Of a stretch of 43,183 bases of DNA, positions 1-8,769 are shown piece by piece. Numbering within the stretch: the stretch's first letter is position 1; each line of letters starts with the position of its first letter. The notes beneath the pieces were generated by a model that made no database searches, was not told the origin of the DNA, and was given only the letters and a program-made list of their open reading frames with translations. Position numbers and translations under genes: made by a program. The stretch covers positions 1-43,183 of the forward strand of contig NW_021835279.1 of assembly GCF_006345805.1 (NCBI RefSeq), given 5' to 3'. The stretch is from Octopus sinensis. Lineage: Eukaryota.

Positions 1-390
1 CGAGTAACAGTGACATTTGTGAACCACAATCGAAACCATTAAACAACCACAAGAAAAACGACAACAACAACAACAACAACAACAACAATGATGCGAGCAA
101 CAATGAGAACGAACCAATTTTTTTTTCTTTTTACTTTTCCTAAAGACAATATTGTGTATCAACACATTCAATAGCAACAGCAACAGCAACAACAATAACA
201 ACAACAACAGGAACGTATGTATTACTGGCGTTAATAACCATAATCATAATAATAACTTCTTTATTGCCTCAAGGGTGACCTGTGATGATACATTAAAAGT
301 ACAAATTACAAAAATGGTTAATGATATTTTTTGTTTTGTTTTTTTGCAGATATTTTTCTTAATATTTTCTTTTTTTTTTGTTTATTGCAG

Positions 391-444
391 AATAGAGATG
401 GTGAAACCGGTTATGACGACGGCAGTGACATCAATCGGAATAAC

Positions 445-500
<56 letters not shown>

Positions 501-583
501 TAAAAACAACAACAACACTAATAATAATAATAATATGGAAGAGAAGGAGGGGGAGGAGGAGAACAAGAGCAACAACGGCAAAA

Positions 584-646
<63 letters not shown>

Positions 647-1018
647 GTGATGATGGTGATGATGATGATGATAATGATGATGATGATGATAGTGATTATG
701 GTGATGGTGATGATGATGATGATGATGATAACAATGATTGTGATGCTGATGATGATGATGGTGACGACGCCGACGTCGACGGTGTTATGATGACGATGGT
801 CATGATGATGCTGATAACAATGATCGTGATGCTGCTGCTGCTGATGATGATGATGATGACGATAATGATGGTGATGGTGATGGTGATGGTGATGACAATG
901 ATGGTGATGGTGATACTGACAATGATGACGTTGATGATGGCAATGATGATGATGATGGCGATGACGTAGATGATTTCGTTTACTTGTTACAATGGCAAAT
1001 TATAGAGGTTACGTTATA
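391..1018 (+). repeat. (AAT)n and degenerate (GAT)n tract; possible Asn/Asp-rich exon
   Basis: Polypyrimidine-TGCAG acceptor ends at 390, then NRDGETGYDDGSDINR-N(n)-MEEKEGEEENKSNNGKN-D(n). The Asp frame shifts near 788. The repeat is clear, coding status doubtful. Confidence 0.55.
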
Positions 1019-1441
1019 AGAAGACAGTTTATTTATTTTGTCGAAGGTTCCTATAAAACGGGATGAGGAAGATTAATTGAACCAAAACCTATGCAAATTA
1101 AACAAATAATAAACGAATACAAGGGGATGATACACTCTTTCTTATGCAAGTGGACGTCTAAGAAGGGTCACGCGCAGGAGGACCCCAACTCTGAAAACAA
1201 GAGGTAAGTGCTCACACCGGGTTTTTGTGTTCTCGCCAACAAACTCATGCTGTCAGTAGTTTTATGTACGAAGGTTGGGCTGAGAGGTTCTTACGCTAAG
1301 TAAGGAGGAAGAATGCTACAATTGCGAAGACTAAGCATTTTTGTTTCAACCCTTCGTGTTAATAACTGCCTTGTTTCTCTCCAGGCTGATATCTGCCTGC
1401 TGAAAGACGATCTTCTGACAAGATTACATATTTCAGTTTTA

Positions 1442-1493
<52 letters not shown>

Positions 1494-2047
1494 GAGTGAG
1501 AGAGCAGTGCATGCCATCAAAGTGACACTGGGGTAAAATATACAAAGCCCAGTATACCCATCATGACTACCCGTCTGATAAAGGTACACCAGGCACATGC
1601 ATCACAACCATATGTGCGCGACATGGTGATCTCATATCGAGATAAACAGCACATGACCTTGCAGGTGGGGCTCAGTTAGAATTTTCTTCAGGTTGAGTAG
1701 CCCATCCCGCTCAAAAGGTCCCTGAATAAGGGTTGTTTAAGGACGTTGAACGAAACACCCATGTTTCCAGAGGTGAATTATTCAAACCCCAAAGAATCCT
1801 TCTCAACACATGGCTATGATGCTCCCCCACTACTTCTGCTCGTGATCAGAGATGCACATATCGTCAGCCACTAAGGGAAATGCTCAACTGGTTACGGTCA
1901 AACAACTGACAAGCAAATCTGTGGTATTGAGCAGAATATTTGCTGTAGCCCATCTTTTATACCAAGACAAAACAATGTACATGATAACACTTGCAATCAG
2001 TTAAGATCAGAAGCCATGAGAGCCACTGCCTGGTACTGCATCAGGGC

Positions 2048-2050
<3 letters not shown>
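1494..2050 (-). mobile_element. 557-bp non-coding element embedded in (TAA)n
   Basis: Complex, GC-richer block with sharp borders against pure (TAT)n on both sides. No long ORF. Strand is inferred from the neighbouring element. Confidence 0.6.
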
Positions 2051-2101
<51 letters not shown>

Positions 2102-2111
2102 TATTATTATT

Positions 2112-2525
2112 CTGTGTTTGACTTTTGCTTTATATTTGTATAAGTTGGCTCCAAGTCTCACCCAGAGACCTCAAGAAACAACAGGTTGGAAGTTCGGGAT
2201 GTTGTTATGTCTAGTGTGCCATATAGTTGGTTTTGTATTTAGTGTTGTACTAGTGAATGTCTAAAAAAAAAAACATACGAAAATTATGTTTGTTTTAAAA
2301 CTTGAGATTACATAGAAAGTAATTTGCATAGGATATGAGAAGTTCCCATGAGCACTATCTTTTTTGAATTTCTGCCATTCTGGGGTTTCCTGATATCTGA
2401 GTTAGGTAGCAATCAGCCCTTTTTGCTATCATTCCCAGGGCACCTATGACAACAGGTATTGTTTTAGTCTTCAGGTTCCACATTTTGCTGATTTCTATTT
2501 CAAGATCTTTATATTTTCTCAGTTT
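2112..2525 (-). mobile_element. 5'-truncated R4/Dong-clade non-LTR retrotransposon (RLE C-terminus plus 3' UTR) in (TAA)n
   Basis: 2525-2308 translates KLRKYKDLEIEISKMWNLKTKTIPVVIGALGMIAKRADCYLTQISGNPRMAEIQK/IVLMGTSHILCKLLSM* with one homopolymer frameshift. KY..L, PVVIGALG and GT.HIL are typical of R4/Dong ends. Flanked by (TAT)n. Confidence 0.88.
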
Positions 2526-2538
2526 ATTATTATTATTA

Positions 2539-2601
<63 letters not shown>

Positions 2602-3050
2602 TATTATTATTATTATTAATTATTTTTCTCTTGAAAATGGAGAAAATTTGGTATCGTGGTGTTATCAGGTACCTCCAGGAATAGGGCTTTAGCTTCGAAG
2701 GACATTCATGCTGACATGGTACAATCTTCCCTGCAGTTATTGAGATCTATACAAGTTCTATAAAAGAGAACTCTTCCATCGAACTCATGCTTTCGTTTCC
2801 AAGTGCGATTCGAATCTAAACTGGAAGTATCAGTTCGTAATTTTGACTCCGTCTTCCTTTACACCATATCTTTTGTCATAGACGCCACATGGTGGGGAGG
2901 CTTTCAGCCCTACAACATTAAAATGAGGGTGGCGGTCAGGCGATGACAACAAAGAAAACAAAAATAATAATAATTGTTTGAAACTTTAATATAACGTCAG
3001 CAAATTTTAGAGAAAATGGACTACATCGACGCCAGTACTCAACTGGTACT

Positions 3051-4120
3051 TATGTATGTATGTATGTATGTATGTTTGCATGCATGTATGTTTGTATGTA
3101 TGTATGTATGTATGCATGTATGTATGTATGTATGTATGTATGTATGTATGTATGTATGTATGTATGTATGCATGTATGTATGTATGTATGTATGTATGTA
3201 TGTATGCATGTATGTATGTATGTATGTATGTATGTATGCATGTATGTATGTATGTATGTATGTTGTATGTATGCATGTATGTATGTTGTATGTATGTATG
3301 TATATATGTATGTATGTATTATGCATGTATGTTTGTATGTATGTATGTATGTATGTATGTATGCATGTATGTATGTTGTATGTATGTATGTATGTATGTA
3401 TGTATTATGTTTTGTTTGCATGCATGTATGTTTGTATGTATGTATGTATGTATGTATGTATGTTTGCATGCATGTATGTTTGTATGTATGTATGTATGTA
3501 TGTATGTATGTATGTATGTATGTATGTATGTATGCATGTATGTATGTATGTATGTATGTATGCATGTATGTATGTATGTATGTATGTATGTATGCATGTA
3601 TGTATGTATGTATGTATATATGTATGTATGTATGTATGCATGTATGTTTGTATGTATGTATGTATGTATGTATGTATGCATGTATGTATGTATGTATGTA
3701 TGTATGTATGTATGTATGTTTGTTTGCATGCATGTATGTTTGTATGTATGTATGTATGTATGTATGTATGTTTGCATGCATGTATGTTTGTATGTATGTA
3801 TGTATGTATGTATGTATGTATGTTTGTATGTATGTATGTATGTATGTATGTATGTATGTATGTAGGTATGTATGTGGTTTGTATGTATGTTGTGTATGCA
3901 TGTATGTATGTATGTATGTATGTAGGTATGTAGGTATGTATGTATGTTTGTATGTATGTTTGTATGTATGTATGAATGTATGTATGTATGTATGTAGGTA
4001 GGTAGGTAGGTATGTATGTATGTATGTATGAATGTGTATGTATGTATGCACATGTATATTGTGTGTGTGTATATATATATGCATATATAAATAATATATA
4101 TATATACGTATATATATATG

Positions 4121-4152
<32 letters not shown>
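3051..4152. repeat. ~1-kb (TATG)n microsatellite followed by (TA)n/(TG)n
   Basis: Direct reading; source of the MYVC/HTYI ORFs. Confidence 0.98.
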
Positions 4153-4154
<2 letters not shown>

Positions 4155-4443
4155 AGGCGCAATGGCCCATTGGTTAAGGCAGCGGACTCGGGGTCGGAGG
4201 ATCGCGGTTTCGATTCCCAGACCGGGCGTTGTGAGTGTTTATTGAGCGGAAACACCTAAAGCTCCACGAGGCTCCGGCTGAGGGTTTTGGCAATCCTTGC
4301 TGAACTCTTTCGCCACAACTTTCTCTCACTCTTTCTTCTGTTGGCCTGCTCACTTAGCTGGCGGGGTGGCCTCATTTGAAGGCTAAAACTATGCGAAGTG
4401 CATTGTGACCAGCAACATCTAATAGCCTGGTCGGTCACGGTGA
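4152..4443 (+). mobile_element. tRNA-derived SINE, family B (GGAGGCGCAATGG head), tail type 1
   Basis: A-box TGGCCCATTGG and B-box-like GGTTTCGATTCC. The head is shared with copies at 8604(-), 12667, 17932 and 26979. Confidence 0.85.
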
Positions 4444-4861
4444 TATATAGATAAAGAGAGAGAGAGAGAGATAAAGAGATAAACAGACAGATAAATAGAT
4501 ACATAGATACCTACATACATATATATACATACATATACATTCATACGTACATATTTTACGAGTATATATTTATACAGAAGCACACAGGTGGGTGTGCATA
4601 TATTCATCGCGCATACATTCACCCATAGAAACGATTGTAACCACTGAATGATAAACGGAATTCAAGATATAAAGACATCTAAGGTTCCGTTTCTTTCTCT
4701 TCTTCGTCTTCTTGTAATAGTTCTTCTGTTTTTACGCTTTTGTTTACCTATTTTTTTTATTGTTCTTCAGACTGTTGTTGTTTTGATAGTTAAAAGGAAA
4801 AGATTGTATTGGGCATAAAAGACAATAAATTACTAGCGGTTTTATACAACCCCATTCGCAG

Positions 4862-4963
4862 AACTTTCAGATTTCTGGACATTTATGTTTGCGATGTGGT
4901 TTTCTCAATATATTGATGCATATAAAAAAAAATATAGCGTCCCCTAAAAGCAATAAGATTCAG
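4862..4963 (+). CDS. Candidate internal exon of an unidentified gene
   Basis: TTCGCAG acceptor, CAG|GTAATA donor, 102 nt, phase 0-0: NFQISGHLCLRCGFLNILMHIKKNIASPKSNKIQ. Confidence 0.3.
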
Positions 4964-5327
4964 GTAATAAATTCCTATGTCTCGTATATTTACGTGTATA
5001 CAGTTCATGAAGTAATGTCTAGTATTTGTGCAATTCCGCACATTTACTGTCGTAGTAAAGTAAAGTCGATTATATCGACCCTAGGTCTTGACTGATAGAT
5101 AGTTCGTTTATCGATCCGAGAAGCATAGAATACAAGATCTAGTTCGACGGGATTTGAACTCAGATCACACAAGAAGGTAGGTTAGTACGTGTAACCGCGT
5201 TTATCACTGATTCATTCCTCACTGAGCCGCGATAATATGTTAGGATCAAACTTGAAATATGTCACGCTTATCACGGGCAGGTCTTTGAAAACACGGCTCC
5301 ATAATCGGTTAAATATTCTGCTTGTAG

Positions 5328-5715
5328 TACAAAACCGCACCACATCCACAAGGTACTGAGTATTGCTTGAGTTTGAATAACCATGCTGCAAGTCTGCATG
5401 TTTTTATACGGATTAACTCACATGGCACCCAGGAATAGAGAGAAATACTAAGGCATCTGATTCGAATAAACGACGGAGACGAATATATTTTCTTCAGAAA
5501 AATGTAGAGATGATCAAGAAAATGCAGGAAGATGGAAGCATCGCTGCAGTAGACGTTGAGCTTGGTGTTAATGTATCTAACGGTCATTCTATTCAAAGTA
5601 TGTAGAAATATAATTCATTTATCACTGTTTTATTTATCAATTCTTTCCTTGTAGAACCAATCCCCCGTGATAAACAAGGATATGTGTACAACGACTGTTC
5701 CCCGCAATCGAATGC
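5328..5715 (+). CDS. Candidate exons 5328-5352, 5433-5597, 5655-5715 of an unidentified gene
   Basis: GT-AG introns of 80 and 57 nt with compatible phases give YKTAPHPQGIERNTKASDSNKRRRRIYFLQKNVEMIKKMQEDGSIAAVDVELGVNVSNGHSIQKPIPRDKQGYVYNDCSPQSNA. No family recognised. Confidence 0.4.
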
Positions 5716-5778
5716 GTATGTTCGATAATTATTTTAAATGATTATGTAGCATATAGTGACGATTAGACACACCTATTT

Positions 5779-5819
<41 letters not shown>

Positions 5820-5985
5820 AATACCATATTGTGCAAGGTACCGGTGAACTGTTTTTGCGACCCCGTGGAATTTGAATTTCCTGCTCGTAATTTAGTTCTG
5901 GAATATTAGTGTCCAGTGAGTCGGTGTTATATTTGTACCGTAAATGATCACATATAATTCACAAATTTCCCCTAAAATATGTATA

Positions 5986-6401
5986 TATTTCTTTACTGCC
6001 CACAAGAGGCTAAACATCGAGGGGACAAACAAGGACAGACAAACGGATTAAGTCGATTACATCGACTCCAGTGCGTAACTGGTACTTAATTTATCGACCC
6101 CGAAAGGATAAAAGGCAAAGTCGACCTCAGCGGAATGTGTACTCAGAACGTAACGGGAGACGAAATACCTATTTCTTTACTACCCTCAAGAGGCTAAACA
6201 CAGAGAGGACCAAACAAGGACAGACAAACGGATTAAGTCGATTATATCGACCCCAGTGCGTAACTGGTACTTAATTTATCGACCCCGGAAGGATGAAAGG
6301 CAAAGTCGACCTCGGCAGAATTTGAATTCAGAACGTAACGGTAGACGAAATAACGCTATGCATTTCGCCCGGCGTGCTAACGTTTCTGCCAGCTCGCCGC
6401 C
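5986..6401 (-). mobile_element. SINE family A (tRNA head plus Deu/Nin-like core), dimeric body
   Basis: A-box TGGCAGAAACG, B-box-like, core GCCTTTCATCCTT(T/C)CGGGGTCGATAAATTAAGTACCAG. 19-bp TSD TTCCCCTAAAATATGTATA at 5967-5985 and 6402-6420. Confidence 0.9.
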
Positions 6402-6790
6402 TTCCCCTAAAATATGTATAAAAAGCAAATCACTCTATATGCTCTAGGCAAACTCGAACTCATAACACCCATTTTGATGTCTTTTATGACATCAAATACG
6501 ATAGAAGTTTTCTCTTTCCCCCCCTCTAACTCTCTTCCCTCCTTCCTTTTCTTTCTCACTCGCTCCTTCACTTCGCCTCTCCATTGCTCCTTCTGCAGCA
6601 GTAGTGAGAGATAATTTTATTGAATAAACGTTTTAACATGCATCATTGTCTCTTGTATTCTATACACCTAGTAGGGTTAGTGTTTGTGATACCTACTCTA
6701 GGTTTTAAGCTAGCATTCACGTAAAGAATGCGGCAGCGAGAAAACCACATGCCCTTAAGCAAAATTTTGCCCGTATTTAAATTCAAAATA

Positions 6791-6890
6791 TCTCTCTGAC
6801 GATGGCTTCTAAAACCTCATGTGTAAAAAATAAATAAATGAATAACCGGAAAAGGTTTAAGCCTTAAAGCTAAAACAGTAATTCGATATA
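6791..6890 (+). ncRNA. Degenerate hammerhead ribozyme-like motif
   Basis: CTGACGA (6796-6802)-TGGCTT...AAGCT-AAAAC-AGTA. GAAA is mutated and stem I is poor. Confidence 0.35.
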
Positions 6891-7243
6891 AACTGCATAC
6901 TTTTGAATTTATAAAATTAAATATTCATTATTTTTCACGGAACACATTCGACATCACAGATTCTGACGCATTTGCAATTTGCCCATGGCGCTAAATAGAC
7001 AACAGACGGATCGATGATGCTAAACTGTTCCTTGAATCAGAACTGGAATCACTAGCCAATCCATTACTAACTCATTACATAGTCTTTCTTCTTTGCAACG
7101 CCAATATGGAATGCATGAGTTATACCGACAAAGTGAGGGATCATCCTTGTGCAAGAAATAGCAGCCAAATTCCCTTCAAATCATTCCACATCATTGTCTG
7201 CTATTGGAACTCCGTCCCTTATGACGATGAGAGTTCCTGTCGA

Positions 7244-7607
7244 GGATCTTTTCGGTTTGAACGGCAGTTTTTAAAAATAATTTCCACGTAACTAAACACT
7301 TTTAAACTTCGTATACTGGTAGAATGTGTTTATAAAACATCTTTTTCTCTTGGCTTTATTGAGAAAATTCTATAGTTTGTAAGATATTTGTTGTTTTTTT
7401 TCTTCAATTTCTACAATTTCAACCAATCAATGACGTCTATTGAGGTAAAAAAAACACATTCTGTGCCGTATGAATATGTCCCTTGTTTAAGAAACAGATT
7501 GGGTTTATTTACATTTGTGAAGAAAAAAGATACCCTTCCTCCCACCCCTAACCCTAAATCAGATTGAAATGCAATATATCGATACTAGGGTCATAGTTAT
7601 GGGTGAC
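7244..7607 (+). mobile_element. Truncated MITE of the same family as 23187-23622 (opposite orientation)
   Basis: Starts with TIR GGATCTTTTCGGTTTGAACGGCAGTTTT. The body is the reverse complement of 23240-23622. The right end is lost next to a SINE A head fragment (~7620-7702). Confidence 0.85.
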
Positions 7608-8249
7608 TTTGAACGTATGGCGGAATTTGAACGTAGAACGCAGCGGCAAACGAAATGCTGCTAGTCATTTTGCCCGGCGTGCTAACGTTTCTGCCAGCTC
7701 GTCAATTTCGTTGTGCTAAAGATTCTACCACCACGCTACCTTATAAATATTCGATATATTACTGTACTTTAAGCGTGCTTGCAATGCTGTACTGGGGTAA
7801 CATTTATAGAATTAATTTCCTTCTTGCATGAACACGAGTAAGGAGAACTAATCAATGAATTTTATTAATCCTCTTAAACATATATATACTTATAATATAT
7901 GAAACTTTGTTTAACTTCAATCCTTAGTTATTCTGAAATCATGCAAAATTAAATCATTGAATATATAAACATGCAAATAACCGGTTGCTCCCCAGATTAA
8001 CTGGCCTTCTACCAAAATTTGAAAACATTATATGATTATCGTAATAACATTTATACTTCGTCGGTTAGTTAATGCGATCAACCGAACAGCCTGCTCGCAA
8101 AATTAATGTGCAAGTAGCTGGGCACACCTCAGCCATGCGTATCCTTACGCAGTTCGCAGAGAGATTCACGCTACACACCTTCCTTCCAAGCACTGTTGTA
8201 AACAGCAGAAGTAAGCATGGACGTTAAAATTTAGTGCGCATGCACTGCA

Positions 8250-8604
8250 GAGTTCAAGGTTGATCCGATCAACGGAACAGCCTGTTTGTGAAATTAACGT
8301 GCGAGTGGCTGGGTACTCCACAGACCCGTTTAGCCTTAACGTAGTTCGCGGGGAGATTCAGCGTGACACAGAGTCTGGCAAGGCTGGCCCTTTGAAATAC
8401 AGGTACAACAGAAACAGGAAGAAAGCGTGAGAGGAAGTTGTGGCGCAAGAGTGCAGCAGGGTTCTCCACCGCTCCCTACCTGAGCCTCGTGGAGCTTTAG
8501 GTTTTTTCGCTCAATAAACACTCACTACACCCGGTGTGGGAATCGAAACAGCTATTCTACGACCGCGAATTCGCTGCCCTAACCACTGTGCCATTGCGCC
8601 TCCA
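8250..8604 (-). mobile_element. SINE family B, tail type 3 (older fragment also at ~8075-8170)
   Basis: Reverse complement matches 26979-27364 along its length. Confidence 0.85.
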
Positions 8605-8769
8605 CACTTTCAAAAGTAAAATATCTAAAAATAATAATTGCTTTTTTTTTTTAAATAAAACAAAGACAGACACCTGTATTCGAATCAGCATGGTACAACG
8701 TAAAACAAAGAGGACACGGAATGAGAGGTACAGAAAGAGGAAGCAGAGAAGAATCAACTCAGTACCTTA

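Larger units (their letters stand above)
1267..2722 (+). mobile_element. 5' remnant of a mariner (Tc1/mariner) transposon, interrupted by insertions at ~1441-2620
   Basis: TA-CGAAGG..GCTGAGAGGTTC mariner-like terminus at 1267. The element resumes with ATG at 2637 reading MEKIWYRGVIRYLQE*/GLASKDIHADMV, like the N-terminal HTH of mariner transposases. Confidence 0.6.

Noticed and set aside
1370-1440. Apparent splice acceptor TTTCTCTCCAG and downstream frame
   Set aside because: Lies in the mariner 5' non-coding region and runs into (TAT)n.
3007-4255. Long MYVC/HTYI ORFs, and similar ones at 13.7-14.3, 18.6-19.3, 20.3-21.6, 34.4-36.7 and 39-41.8 kb
   Set aside because: Stop-free translations of TATG/TA/CA repeats, open in several frames on both strands.
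6071-6447. Recurrent short ORFs (MRNWYLIYRPRKD..., MFIERKHL...)
   Set aside because: Translations of SINE sequence that recur only because the SINEs recur.
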